A stretch of DNA of 64,000 bases from Takakia lepidozioides (lineage: Eukaryota > Plantae > Bryophyta), in contig CM060734.1 of NCBI GenBank assembly GCA_030704615.1, positions 17,856,001-17,920,000 of the forward strand. Direction: 5' to 3'. Position numbers and translations under genes: made by a program. Positions within the stretch are counted from its first letter, which is position 1; the number at the start of each line of letters is the position of its first letter. Positions 26,600-39,859 of the stretch are shown here, piece by piece. The notes beneath the pieces were generated by a model that saw nothing but the letters and a program-made list of their open reading frames with translations, had not been told where the DNA came from and did not search any database.

Positions 26600-29500
26600 C
26601 TTAATTCCAAGCATTACAGACCAGCCATGACACAAACAGTAACCCCTTCACTCCAATTGTTCTTAATGTGTTTTGCTCACAGACTAGTTTACCAGTTAGG
26701 GCCTTCTTGCTCACATTTTCAAAGAATACAAGCACTGCAAACACATGTTGCTGGCTAGCAAGGTTCAAGTCACACCCTTCCAATGGAAATGACAGCAGAA
26801 ACAAAATGAAGCCAACCAACTCCCTAAACTCATTTCCTAACATTGTTAACCTTGCTGAACACCACATCTGAAATAAGCATGTCTCAGATTGATTTAGATA
26901 TGTACCTTGTCACGAGTGGTGCATGTAGCTTCCCTGTACCCACAGTAAACCCTGACTATTGTTACAATTTGCACAAAAGCTTGTCAAGTAACTTTCACAC
27001 CTACTCTTATCCTTGAGGTCATCCAAGATGTCCTCCCCCATGTCACAGACTGGAAACAAGTTCAGGGAAGTTTTCTGCCTAACTTCATTTTCATCAGACA
27101 ATCTCATGGCAACAGACATGGCTGAGGACACAAGAGCCTCTAAGTCAGACTTATCCAGCAGGGTCAAGCCTTGCGGATACAGGTCGAGGTCCTTGAGGAT
27201 CTCTTGTACTCTCTTCTGCCAGGACTTAGCCTGTTTGACAGGGCGGTCCTGTTTCCAAGATATAGAGTCGATTAATTTAGGATATCTGGTGTTGGGCATA
27301 TGTTGCAGCAGCTGACCCCACCATCTGACCTTGAATTCATGTCGTCGGGAGCTGAAGGACGGAATGCCAAACTCACCCCGAACAGCCACATTGGCTGTTT
27401 TGGAGCATGCTGACATACACTCCTTAACCACCCCCACTTGAATGGATTCTAGAGACTTAGCCTGGTTGGAGTTATCAACCCATATAGCAGATCCGTACTC
27501 CAAGGCAGGTCTAATAACGCGACAAAGCATGGTTTTCTTAACCTCAGAGTTGACCCCTCTGCAGTGGAAAAATTTAGTGAGCCCCAGTGCTTTGCCCTTG
27601 CCAGTTTGAACAACTTTCCGGATATGTGCATCCCAATTACAATTGGAGGAGAACTCAACGCCCAGGTAAGTGTAGGAAGGGAGGACCGGGATCTCTTGGC
27701 TACCCCACTGCCACTTAAGATCACTTCCTCCCTCTCCTCTGTCGTTGAATGCTACCACTGCACATTTGCTGACATTAGCCTCTAGCCCCCAAAGATCAAA
27801 GTATGTCTTCGCGCAATCAATCAACTCCTGGAGATTGGTTGGAGTCTCCCCTATGCCTGCGAAGTCATCCGCAAACATAAGGTTGGTATGGTGGTATCAC
27901 CCACCCTTAACCCAAATCCCTCACTTTCCACATCCTCGAGGAGTTGATTGATGAAAACATTGAAGAGCAGAGGGGAGAGAGTACATCCTTGAGCTACACC
28001 TTGGTCTAAGTCAAAGAAGTTGGACTTCTATCCGTTAACAGTGACACAGCTTTTGGTGTGAGCATACAAGTTGTGGACAAGTCTCCACATCTTTCCCTTG
28101 ATCCCACAAGACCAGAGGCGGACCATAGGGCCATCTCTCCACACTGTGTCATAATCCTTTTTTGACATCCAGGAAAAAGACATAAGTGGGTTTTCCCTCC
28201 TTTTTCCTTCCCTGGATAATCTGGCTTAGAGTGAAGATATGATCCACACAGCCCCTGTTTCGCGCCGAAAGCCAGCTTGGCCTTCGTGGAAACAACCTCT
28301 AGACTCCAATCAATCACCGAGACGAGTACTTATAAATAAGCAAAATGTCTTGCCAACAACTTTGAGGAGCGTGATGGCCACGGTAGTTCCCCCAGTTATA
28401 TTCTCTGTCACCCTTCTTGTATAGTTGACATGACCCCCCTGTCGCCAGCGAAAGGGGATCAGTTCAGTCTTCCAGAGAAGGTTAAAGAGAGAAATAGGGC
28501 CTCTACATGGGATCGCCACCGTGCTTGATAAGCTCGTTGACAATACCCATCTGGTCCAGGAGCTTATTACCTCCATTTATATGTTCAATTGCTAATCGAC
28601 AATCTCAGAAGAAGTAATGGGAGCATTATAAGCCATTGAAATATACTCCAGTTTCATCAGGGCTGTTTTGAATCATAGGAACAGTTTTTTCCAACTGTGT
28701 CCCTCCCATTCAGCAGAAGACCCCTCACTGTTATACCTAGAAGTTCTGCCAAGGATACTGTAGTGAGTTTCAAAGGTTTTTGACAATGTCACCGATGAAG
28801 TCACCACTGCACCTTTAGTAGTCTTCAGCGCTTGTACTTGCTGACCGTTTTTCGGTTTGTACAAACGTTGAAGGGCCAAGCAGAATTTCTTGGTCATTAC
28901 CACCATGGTGGTTTGAGTTTATTTCACTGTATAACTTGTCCCAGTATAATTTTTTCTGAGACCTAACAAGCTGATTGATATCTTTTACGGAGCTGGTAGT
29001 ACCTCGCCCACAATTCTCTCTTGTGGTTTCCAATTGCAGCACTGTTTGTAGAGGGCTCGTTCTCAGCTATCTTGAGTTTAATCTCATTAGTCCACCAATT
29101 AACAGCTCTACGCTACACCGCAATTAGTTTCCTCCCAATGATCTTGTCAGCCACGGAGGAAACGAACTCTCCCCAAGATTCCACTGCTCTTTTTCGACTT
29201 CATTTATTGCGTTAACAGAGCGTGACTGAATTCTTGGAGCGATTGGGACAAAATGAGGAAGAGCCTCTTGCAAGGGCTGGACGTACTCAGCCTTGACCTC
29301 CTCATTGTGGAATTTTTCTATGCGCCCACTTCCGAATCCGAAACGTTTTCACAGATCTCTTGGTGGTGGGAAAACACCTTTTGATGTCAGTCCGAACCAG
29401 CAAGTGGTCAGAGGTACCAATATCAGTTCTGTCGATCAACACATCGCACACTGGGGGAAACAAATTTTTGTCCATTATGATATAGTCCCAATGGACAACG

Positions 29501-29900
29501 TTCCCCAGTTTGGGGTTTCTCACGAGTCCACTGGCACTTGGTCCACCTCTTGTCCTGTTATTCAACGGTCAAAGCTGAAGTTCTTCTAGACAGTTATTAA
29601 TTAATCGTCTGCCATTAGAATTCAGCCTCGTCCTCACCAAAAGGTCCAATGATATCGTCCTGATGGATTCCTTTGCCACACCCAGGCATTGAAGTCCCCC
29701 CCAATAGTACCCCCACCTGACCTTGGCAATTAACGAAGCACAGTCCAGCTTCAAAACTTGTGAGGCCTTGTCTGTGTCAGCACACAGGGTCCCCTCTGTG
29801 GGCATGTAAACAACCAACGGACAAAGAGGTCCAGCAGAGTACTCATGCCGCCCTTCAAATTCAGTTTTAGAGCCAGATACTATGCTCGTACCTCAAAACC
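26600..29900 (-). mobile_element. Degenerate LINE (non-LTR retrotransposon) ORF2: endonuclease and RT
   Basis: Endonuclease remnants (VVYMP, NSNGRRL, DYII, SDH) at 29300-29820. RT fragments at 28000-28570 and ORF 26910-27878 (FADD, YTYLGVEF, VIRPALEYGSAIW). Many frameshifts. Confidence 0.9.
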
Positions 29901-30607
29901 CTTGTTGATAATTTCATTTCACAATTGTCAAACAAGAAATCACGACGAACTTCTTTGAGATTGAATTGATGCGGGACTCTATTAGAAGCACTTTTTTTTG
30001 GTCATTGCAACTTCAACGTACCCCTGTTATCAAGTCTCTCGAGATGGTACCATTAACCATGAAATCCAAGCCAAGATAGAGCATGTAGTTTTAAAGGACA
30101 CACACATCCGTCCATCCTGGGATTCACCCAAAACTACACATGAAGCCCCTAGATTTGGCATAAGTAAACCACTTGTGAGGGATCACCCTGGGAGTGTTGA
30201 TGTTGATAGGAGCTAAATTTTTGAATTGTTTTCGCAGGCCATAAGTTTAAGCATAGGACCAACCCGAGCCCAAGTGCCTGAGTATGCTAGACAGAGCATA
30301 CGACTGCCCAATTTGGGCGGAGGAGCTGCCCCCAAGCGATAGGAGTCCGCTTGTTACCATTCAGAGATCACATCTCCAGGGAGTTGCAGGAATGGCCCGT
30401 GTAGGCATATTCTAAAGAGGGAAAGGCCCCAAGCTTTCCAACTAAATCCATGCACTACCTTAACCTGAAGCATAACGCTTAAGGTCGAAACAAACAAGGA
30501 CACGAGGTCAGAAGGCCGACATTTAGTGACAGAGACATTAATGTACTCCCCGTTTCAAGTTCCACCCAATGTCAATAGGCTTCCTAGAGGACAGGGAGAA
30601 ACACGAG

Positions 30608-30608
<1 letters not shown>

Positions 30609-30675
<67 letters not shown>

Positions 30676-30705
30676 CGAGAAGAATAGAGAGAGAGAGAGA
30701 GAGAG
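30609..30705. repeat. (GA)n microsatellite
   Basis: Near-perfect GA dinucleotide run of ~95 bp. Confidence 0.95.
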
Positions 30706-31128
30706 GAATGAAATGAAATAGGGTCTGGGTTGTGTTGTTTGTTTCTTTTCTGCCTTGGCACCTAAGGTGATATTAGTTGTCCTCCGCATACATATCCAGC
30801 ACACCAGAAAGAGAAGAAAGCTCTTTGAACTTACTTGAAGCATCTTGTATTTCCGAGGGTGCAGCATCATTCATACTCGGGATGGACACGGTTGCCTTAC
30901 CAAATGTGTCAGCTCTGCTGCTGCCTCTTCCTTGGCCTCTTCCTGTCCACCCAACCATGACACGTACATGAAAAACTCACTTGACATTTCTATCCCACTC
31001 TTCTTATTGAGTAAACCAGAAACAATAGACATCATGTAGCCAAGTGCTACGCGATGAACAGCTGTAGAATCTAACAAGCGAGGACTGGGATAAAAACAGA
31101 GATAAGAATGCGTACGTTGCCAATCCAT

Positions 31129-31372
31129 CTGTAGGTATACTAAACAGGGCAACTACCTCATAACGATACCTCAACCTGCATATAGGCTGATTTGACCAGG
31201 TTTCTTTGTAAGTCATGCGCTATACCTCTGGTGGTATACTAAACAGGGCTACTGTCTCATGACGATACCTCCGCATAAATATAGATTAATTTGGCCAACT
31301 TTTCTTGTAAAATGAAATACTATACCTCTGTAGATATATCAAACAGGGCTACAACCTAATGACGATACCTCG
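31129..31372. repeat. ~99-bp degenerate tandem repeat, 2.5 copies, just inside the right TIR
   Basis: ctg.aggtatactaaacagggc...acgatacctc recurs at ~31129, ~31228 and ~31328. Confidence 0.8.
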
Positions 31373-31858
31373 ACTAGTATATATGTGTAGTATATATCTC
31401 TCCTTTAGGGTACGCGACTCATGTCGTGACTTAGGCCTTACTACAAGCAAAGGATGGACGGGCAGCAGGAATAGACGGGCCAGCATGTATATTCATCTTA
31501 TACTCTCGTATGTATATGTGTATACGATACATATACATATACATATACATGATAATATATTACATATATTATATACAAAACTGCGTTAAAAATTATAGAT
31601 TACAATTCAATTGAATTGCAAATTAGGGTTAGTTCAATTGAATTGGCATCGCAATTCAATTGAATTGGCATATGATCAAGTGAATTGCGCTGCATTTCAC
31701 ATCAAGGCCTATTTGGAATTCCCTAGACGCCTGCTCACACGCTACCCAACCTCCATCGTTGCATATGAATGGTAGCGTGCCGAGTTGAGTGAGTGCGCAA
31801 AGAGCTCAAGTTGATGTTGACATGAAAGCACGAACTGCTTATACAAAGTTTACTCTCC

Positions 31859-32046
31859 TAGGGAATAGCAAAAAGACAATGATTAGTAATGCATTACAAA
31901 TCAATTGGGTACGGATTCTCTCCTAGTCTTGGCGCTGGGTCATCCCATTAAGGTGTTTTTGGTAGTTCAATTGAATTGTGCATGTTGGGTATGTGACCAA
32001 TTGAATTGTAACGCACTACAAATCCCTACGTCTTTGGTATTCCCTG
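31859..32046. mobile_element. Small MITE related to the TAGGGAAT family
   Basis: Termini tagggaatagcaaaaagac ... gtctttggtattccctg with internal caattgaattg motifs. The flanking duplication is imperfect (ctctcc/ccctcc). Confidence 0.5.
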
Positions 32047-32189
32047 ACCCTCCACTTACCTAGTAGGAAGGTACGAAAGAAGAAGGGAAGGATGACACTC
32101 CCTAATGAAGCGTAAATTATGGTGTGTCTCTTCATCGCCTACTGACAACTACTGCCTTCTTTTGTTGGAGGTTGAGTAGCGTGTGAGCA

Positions 32190-32765
32190 TGCTCACGTTG
32201 GCGTGAGCCTGCTTATGCGAGCAGATAGGCATATTCCGTATATTCCCTAAAAATCCTAAAAATATGCCATAGCAAAAACAAACGGCGCTCACGCGAAAAA
32301 TTTACGAAATTATCATGAAAACTTCACACGACAAAACCTACGAAACTAGTTGTCTAAAGTTGAACTCACGTGAGCACAAACAACCACAAATATTTCTACC
32401 AGAACTCAAAGGTCAGCAAACTTAAACAATGTGGCATTAAAAACCATGAATTTTTACAAACATATGTGTACAACACCACTAGGACGATCTTTTATCTACA
32501 AGGATATAGGCTCACAATGACAAACTATAACTTTGAAACATAGACCCAAAATCAGGTTTCGTCAGCGAAATTGGATTTTTTTTTCTTTTAAGTTTTTTCC
32601 CTCTCAAGCTCCTTCTATATGTTTAAAATTATATTTACACACCATGTAGACCCTATTAACGCAGAAAGACCCTATGTCCATCTATTATATGTGTTTCCGC
32701 TGCCATACATATCACCCCCATAACCGTAGATCCTGCTTACGTGATTTTTTTTGTGCTCATGGCAT
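32190..32765 (-). repeat. Inverted copy of the 20585-21120 repeat
   Basis: See 20585-21120. Confidence 0.75.
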
Positions 32766-32887
32766 ACCAATCCCTTTGTTGTTCACCTAGGTTATGTGTA
32801 GGGTAAGCCTCCAAGTGGAGGGGATTACCGAAATGACCCCACCACGACGAGGTGGTAGCCGAGTTTTGGGGGGGAACGCTGTAATGG

Positions 32888-33012
32888 CACTGGCCAGCCT
32901 GGCAGGTAGATTATAGGAGCTGTAACTCACTGGCCAGCCTGGCCGGTAGATTATAGGATCGTGTAACTCACTGGCCAGCCTTGAGCGTAGATTCACAGGT
33001 TTAAGTCACTGG
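32888..33012. repeat. 40-41-bp tandem repeat x3
   Basis: Unit cactggccagcctggc.ggtagattatagga..tgtaact repeated head to tail. Confidence 0.85.
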
Positions 33013-33333
33013 TTTCCTTTGAGGGAAAAAGCTGAAAGTTCTTTACGCACAGGCAAGGCACAAACTCCCAACGACACTGGGCTAATAACCTGCTCTAGTT
33101 CTCCACAGTAGCATCCATCCATCCAGGTGTTTTCCTTGAGAGAAAGGGAGGAGGATTGTGTGAGGGCGATACCCACAATCAGGATTTGTGAATAAGGAGA
33201 GGGATCCTACTTGGTGGGTTGTCGCCTGGTGCAACCCTGTTTATGCAGCAAGATGCTCTGTTCCTTACGAAGCCTTTCTTTGTAGTATGTTTGTGATACA
33301 ATATGTGTCTACGTCTTACGTTCTAACAAGAAA

Positions 33334-34150
33334 TTGGAGGCCTGCAGGATGGCGGGATGGAATCCGCCACAGTTGTGTATTGTACGTGAGTCTGTTGCAA
33401 GGGGCACTAACACTTCCCCTGTAATCACCACAATTGAAAGGGGATCAAGAGAGGGAATGAACAGGGACATTTGGGGCACTTGTGGGTATGCGAGGACATT
33501 GTGTCTGACAGGACGCCGGAAAGAGGCTCTGCACATTTTGAACCAACTTGGCATTCAGGCAGACTCCAAAACTTATGTCTGTCTCTTGCAGGAGTGCATC
33601 AATATGAAGGACCTCGCAGAAGGAAAGCAGGTGCACGCCCACATTGTCCAAAGTGGATTCAAACCAAACATCTTTGTACTCGACACCCTTGTCAACATGT
33701 ACTCGAAGTGCAGGAGTATTGTGGATGCCCACGAAGTGTTTGATAGTATGTCTGAACGAGATGCATTTACGTGGACTACAATGATCCAAGGATATGCAAA
33801 GCATGGGTATGGTTTGCAGGCTTTCAAGACCTATGAGCATATGCAACGGGAAGATGTGATTCCTAACAGGGTCACATTCATTTGTGTCCTCAATGCATGT
33901 GCCAGCCTGGGAGCCCTGGACAAGGGCAGAGGGGTCCATGCCGATATAGTGAAATCTGGAATTCCGCCCGATATCAAACTTGGGACTGCCCTTTGTGACA
34001 TGTATGCAAAATGTGGGAGCTTGAAGAATGCGAGTCAGGTCTTCAACAAATGGTCTCATGGAATGCCATGATTGCAGGATATGCTCAACATGGGCGTGGT
34101 AGGGAGGCTTTTGAAATCTATGAGCACATGCAATGGGAAGGAGTGATGCC
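33334..34150 (+). pseudogene. 5' part of a PLS-class PPR gene, frameshifted and truncated
   Basis: The 245-aa ORF has a typical N-terminus and L/S/P motifs. A deletion-frameshift occurs at ~34050 and the next frame continues VSWNAMIAGYAQHGRGREAFEIYEHMQWEGVMP. Repetitive sequence begins abruptly at ~34152. Confidence 0.9.
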
Positions 34151-34151
34151 T

Positions 34152-34600
34152 ATTTCTGTTTTTCCACTCTAAAAAACCCCTAGAGCGGCTCTAAAGGATT
34201 CTTAGAGCGAATATAAATAGCAATTTAGCTATTTATGTTTTCCCGCTGTATGAAATCCTTAGAGTGGCTTAGAGCGGCTCTAAGGATCCTTAGAACAAAC
34301 GTAAATAGCAATTTAGCTTGTTCTATTTTCCTTACATTGGCTCTAAAGCTATTAAGGGATTGTTAGAATAAATGTAAAAAATATGTTAAGGTTTATCTTC
34401 TTCGTCATGGTTGACCGATTTGTTTTCCCGCTCTATGAAATCCTTAGAGCGGCTTAGAACGCTATAAGGGATCCTTACAACGAACGTAAATAGCAATTTA
34501 GTTTTTTTTATTTTTTCCAATTTAAGAGATCCTTACATTGGCTCTAAGGGATCATTAGAATAAATGTAAAAAATATGTTAGGGTTTTTCTTCTTGGTCTT
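34152..34600. repeat. TE-like subterminal repeat array truncating the PPR gene
   Basis: Repeated agagcggct..., gatccttagaa and gtaaatagcaatttag modules. Confidence 0.65.
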
Positions 34601-35828
34601 CTTCCCCTTCAATAATTCAACTATTAACAATATAGTTATTTGGTTAAAAATAATGTGATTTTTTGGCTAAAATATATTAGGGTTTAGCCAGAACTTGTCG
34701 ACGTGGCCTTCTGTCTTGCCGAGAAACAAAAACTTGGCACTAGCTAGCATCCTAAAGAAGCTTCACTAGCGCACGAGCCTCGTCCACAAGCCGAAGAACT
34801 CCTGGTCGAAGCTCTACCTACACAAATAGGGCTTATTCAAACTCCAGAGTTCAAAACTCCTGATGTCCTCGTATTTCTCTGTTTTCCAATCCTGCACAAG
34901 CATAGGGAATGCCCCACAATTTGGCAATGGAGGACAGACTGCGGTATGAGGGTGTTTTCTATGAACTTTTATTAGTGTGGTGAGTGGGACAAGAGATGAA
35001 AATTCGGCATGGACATCAGTAGTTGTATACTATCAATGCTTTAGGAGCCTCACAAGGCTTACTATCCCCATTGTATCATTGACCCAATATCCATACAGTA
35101 AATTGGGTGCAATGTCTGGCAGAAAAATGTGCCAGCACGAGAAGCAATTTGAGCAGCCCGGGGGAGTCACTCCCTATCACTTGTATAGGGCAGGTGAGAT
35201 ACATGGGTATTTTGTAGGGGGATATTACTTTTACTTTGGGTATTTTTTAGTACCCTATAATTAGTAATATGGTGATTTTTTGGCATGCTATTTTAATTAT
35301 TTTAATTATTTTTATTTTATTTTTTTAAAGGGATGAGAGGCCCTGAAAATTTATTAAAAAGGGAAAAAAATTAAACCCTTACAAGTGCCATGAGGCTTAA
35401 CACACGGAGGCCGTGTTGGAGATTCCAACGATCAGACAACAGGGTAGAAAATAGACCTGGTTACGCATGCAGGCCTTGTAGAGCCATCTATTATTGGTTG
35501 CAAGATTTGCCATAGCGCAGAGAGCTAATGTGCGATTAGTTCATAGCTTCGAAAGGACTCCGAGAGAGAGGTGGCCCAGTGTAGATGGAACCGGACGGAA
35601 CGACGAACACTAAGGACACAGGCCAGAATGGCCAAGGAGCGAAACTCTAAAGATATCTATCTGAGGAAGATCAACTTAGATTTAGATCCCCTCTTTATGT
35701 GCTTCCAGTTAATATCTCTCGAGTACAGATCAGGGGAGGCCGATTATAATTTTTTGTTTCAAACAAATATTAGGCAACCTATATTAATAATACAATAAAA
35801 GATTTTTTTTATAAGACAAATGAGTTTA

Positions 35829-36130
35829 TTATTTGGTTGAAATAAATTCATTTAAAGCATTCGCATCATCCGCATTCAAAGTATAAACGTTTTGCGCTCT
35901 ATCGAAAGTCATAGTGACTGAACTAATAATTGAATCTACATCTGCCCACTTGTTGTCGGTATGATCATATTTGAATTTAAATTGTCCTCTAGATTTTGAG
36001 AAGTAGTTTAATAACACCATAACTGGTGTGGTTGGTCTATTTAGGAGATCGATAGGCTGTCGCGATATCCCCCACATGCTCCTTGCCTTCCTTCTCATTT
36101 TTTGAATCCTACCTAGCCATTATTTTTGTA
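35829..36130 (-). pseudogene. AT-rich ORF remnant, possibly the C-terminus of a transposon protein
   Basis: 89-aa protein-like ORF in AT-rich flanks. No motif firmly recognised. Confidence 0.25.
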
Positions 36131-37627
36131 AGTATTAAGTTTTCCCCTAAGAGCATGTATATATTTTTGGAATTTTTCATAGATATTTATTTCAACCCCA
36201 TATTAGTTTAAAAAAAATTAAAATCAGTCATTATTTTAGACTCTATATTAATTTAAACTCACTGATCACAATATAATGTACCTTTTATTACTTTAATTTT
36301 TTTAAAAAAAAATTATCTTTTGTGAATAAATTGCACCCTATATTTTTTTGCACGTCGGTTGGAAATTTTTGGAAGTGACCTCCCCGTGTTGAGCAGTAAG
36401 GACATAGCAAATCAAATGGAACATTGATGCAACATAGGTCGGCAACAAGTGCAGGCTAGAAGGATTAAGAAACAATCCTATCCCTAATTTGCAGCCTCGC
36501 ATTTGTGTGATAAACAGGCCATCAATCCCTAAAACTAGAAACACACCTGGTGTAGGCTATCAGTGCTCCCAAAGGGGGAAGTTAGAGGTGAACTTTTCCC
36601 CCAGAAGCAGGATCTGTAAGCAAGCCGTTATGTGAAAATGCCTGAGAAATTTCTAAATTGCAGGCGTGCCATCTTTCACACCCCCAGACTTTTTGTCTCC
36701 ATCCAGTGCATCCAAATTGGATGTAGCCTTGTCATTGCCCTAGAACTGACTCTATTTTGGTCTGCATGAATGACGACACATATAGTCTGTCGCGTCTTTC
36801 ATGCAAACGGATAGTTAGCTCAAGTTGTCCGCCCAAAATATGTTACCTCTTGCATGCATGCAATCATAGTCTACAAACAATGTTGATATGAGACTACATA
36901 TATCAACAAACCCATCCATATGCTCACCTTGGCCTCCTCAATCAAACCGTTCTTTGCAGGGCACACAGGCTGTGAGAGTGACGAGCTATCAAGGTAATCA
37001 TCAAGTACATCGGCTCTAGAACTTAGATTTTCAAGCAAGCTCTGAAGAGCTAAAACATGGCACGATCGTGTCTTGTCGTACAGTTTCTCCCCCGGTTCCC
37101 CCTGCTTCGAACTCTCTCTCTCTGGCGGTTTCATGCTCTCTGCGCAATCGAATTGAAACATCTGGTGTTTTATTGTGTTGCATGAACAATCTATGGTAGT
37201 GTGGGTCCGCGCTTGCACCCTTTTGACAGCAATTTACCTTAAACGTAGACGCCTCCTCTTGTCCTTCTGTGTTTGCGTTTCACTTTGCGTTTGTGGGTCT
37301 CCCTTTAGATTGTGTCTCTCAAAAGTTGTTTGAATTTCATTTCTAACAAATATTTTCATGTGTATAGCTGTGCTGGTATTTTTCATAGCCTTCTCTTCCA
37401 TGCACAAGCGCTCTACATGGCCATGAAGTGCATTTACCCAAAGATTTCATCTAAGAGTAGGGCTGGTGGGGGTAGCATTCTGGCAGATGTTTGCTTACTA
37501 CAGTTTGACTAGAAGTGAAGTAAGATGTTGCTCATGACAAGTGATTCTATTTTATGCAGCATGTTAAGTGCTCAGACTCTTACTGAGGTTAGTACAATAC
37601 TATATGGTGGTGGGATATTGGGTACAG

Positions 37628-38665
37628 GTGAGACATTTGGACACAACAGATAAGAGTGAGCTACATAAGCTGCAACTTCCGAAAGATGAGCAAGGTAAGT
37701 ATTGAAAGAGTTGCCGTGCATGCATCTGATGTATGTTGTGTTTATGTTTTTGCTTTGTTTTCCTCAGGCTTTCTTTCAGCCACTGCCTGACCATTTTAAT
37801 GTTATTATAGTTGTCGCATGTTGTATTGACCATTCTTCTCGTTTATCATCTTCAGGCCTTACAACAGACTTCGTCTTGATGCCCAGCCAAATGATCATGC
37901 CAAACCAACAACTGTAGAATAACCCACTCACCCACTCAGAGTAGTCAGAGTAAATGAAGAAATGAGTTTCTTACTGGCATTATGACATTTTTCTGGGGCT
38001 TCACCCAGGGGAGCTCTCAAGTGCTGATGAGAAAAAGTACAAGGCTTTGAAGAGGGCAACGGAGAGGGAGATTGCTCAGAGTGCAGATGTGATCTGCGGT
38101 ACATGTGTGGGTGCAGGCGACCCCCGACTTGCCAACTTCCGGTTCCGTCAGGTTTGCACGTGGCCCACTGTTTTGAAGTTCTAGTTGTGGTTCCATGCAT
38201 GCTTGTGTTGGCTCATGCAAGATGTGCATCTGGATATCCTCTGAAGGATCAGGTAGTTTCATTTCTTGAGATGGGAGTAGAAATTACACCATGACAAAGT
38301 AAGTATACCACTGTGTGCCAGTTGCGACTCTTATTCTTTGTCTGCAATGAAGGATTCCTATATTGATCTGAAGTATCAGGTATTTGGCAAATCTAGAGTA
38401 CCTTAAAGGTTTAGTATTTGTTCTGAAGTGAGTATAGCTGTAAACAGTGCCAAACTTCCAAGTGTTAATGTTTATTCATGAGTCATATATAGTCTATTAT
38501 TTCGTTACTTGCTTCAATAGAATGTCAGTAGAACCATGAAATTGCTTAAAGTATGTGGAGAAGTGAATTTTGTATTTGCTTGTTGCTTTGCAGGTGTTAA
38601 TCGACGAGTCGACTCAAGCAACAGAGCCAGAGTGTCTGATTCCATTAGTGCTAGGGGCTAAGCAG
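37628..38665 (+). pseudogene. UPF1: UPF1 RNA helicase gene fragment (3 exons with introns)
   Basis: Exons 37628-37694, 38009-38151 and 38594-38665 splice to [94 protein letters not shown]. The rest of UPF1 is absent. Confidence 0.92.
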
Positions 38666-38944
38666 GTACATGACCTTCAGCTCATTTGAATGTCTTTTAT
38701 TTATTCTAAAGCTGTGTTGTACCAAATATGATTGGTGCATAGGCTCAGACAATGGTATGGAGGGTGGTTGCAGGTGATGGGTATGGTGACATGCTAGGGT
38801 TGGCAGCACTTTGGGATGGTCACAGTCAGGTCGTTAATTTGGGAACCCCAGATTTATGCAGAGATCAAGTCAGATTTAGGTATTGTGTATTGGCAATCTA
38901 GATTGACTACGGCTCATTTGAGACCATTGTTGGACTGCATGCAG

Positions 38945-39786
38945 AACCTTTCCAAGGTAAACCTTTGGCCTGTACTAGCTGCAGAAAGTTTGAAAGCTCT
39001 CCAGGGTGGGCTTGGTGCAATCTCTCTTGGAGGTCGGCTTTTGCTTCATCGAATCTTTGAGGTTCGTGCTTGGGTTCGTTATAAGTGTGATGTATTGCTC
39101 CAGGACAGGGTGCATAAGCAGGCAAAACGGTGATTTGGAGGCCCTAATGAGACTCTCTCTGGGGCTTGTAGTGAGAGTCTGAAATCTGGTAACTGATTCG
39201 ATTTTTGGAGCAATTATGAGCAGACAGTGAAGATGAGTGATGGGATTGTAAGCATAATACCAATAATGATATGCCAATCCTCTCAGTAGATACTTGCTGG
39301 TAGTTGAATATCTCAAAGATTACTAGATGGTGAATCTTACCCAGCTGCTTTTTGTATGATTGAACGGTATAGGTTGTGGCTGATTCAAGGAGCTCAGAGG
39401 CATTTGTTGCACTTTGCCTCCTGACAGTTACAGGCACATCCCTTTTGACGCAAAAGCTGGGCTTCAGTGACACGGTATGTCCCCACTGTCATCTTAGGTT
39501 TGGAACATTGAGGGATGTAGTGAATGTGCATTGAGCGTGGCCTAGGCTCCTTTTAGTGTAACTCGGGAGACCAAAAGAAACAGAGAGGCGAGAAGTTAGA
39601 TTTTGATACAACCAATGGGACTCAAGTTTGTGGTTACATGTTCTGATGCAGCTGGGAGCATTTCTAGCTGGCTCTTTGTTAGCTGAGACGAATTATCGGA
39701 CACAAGTGGAAGTTGACATACGGCCTTTTCGAGGGCTTTTGCTGGGTCTCTTTTTCGTCACCACTGGAACTTCTATTGACCTTCAG
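38945..39786 (+). pseudogene. KEA3: KEA3-like K+/H+ antiporter gene fragment (3 exons)
   Basis: Exons 38945-39061, 39373-39474 and 39652-39786 read [104 protein letters not shown]. Confidence 0.9.
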
Positions 39787-39859
39787 GTTCACTTCAACTA
39801 CACTTATCCTGATTGCTTTGTCATTGCAAGCTCAGATTCTCTCTCTCTATCTCCTCCTT

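Larger units (their letters stand above)
21762..31725. mobile_element. 10-kb Pack-type TIR transposon with ~339-bp TIRs and 6-bp TSD
   Basis: TIRs 21762-22100 and 31388-31725 (tagggaattcc...ggaattcccta). TSD gacgcc at 21756-21761 and 31726-31731. Carries captured exons, an intact zinc-finger gene and a LINE. Confidence 0.92.

Noticed and set aside
32888-33012. 40-bp periodic repeat as a mini-CRISPR
   Set aside because: Whole units are similar with no unique spacers, so it is an ordinary tandem repeat.
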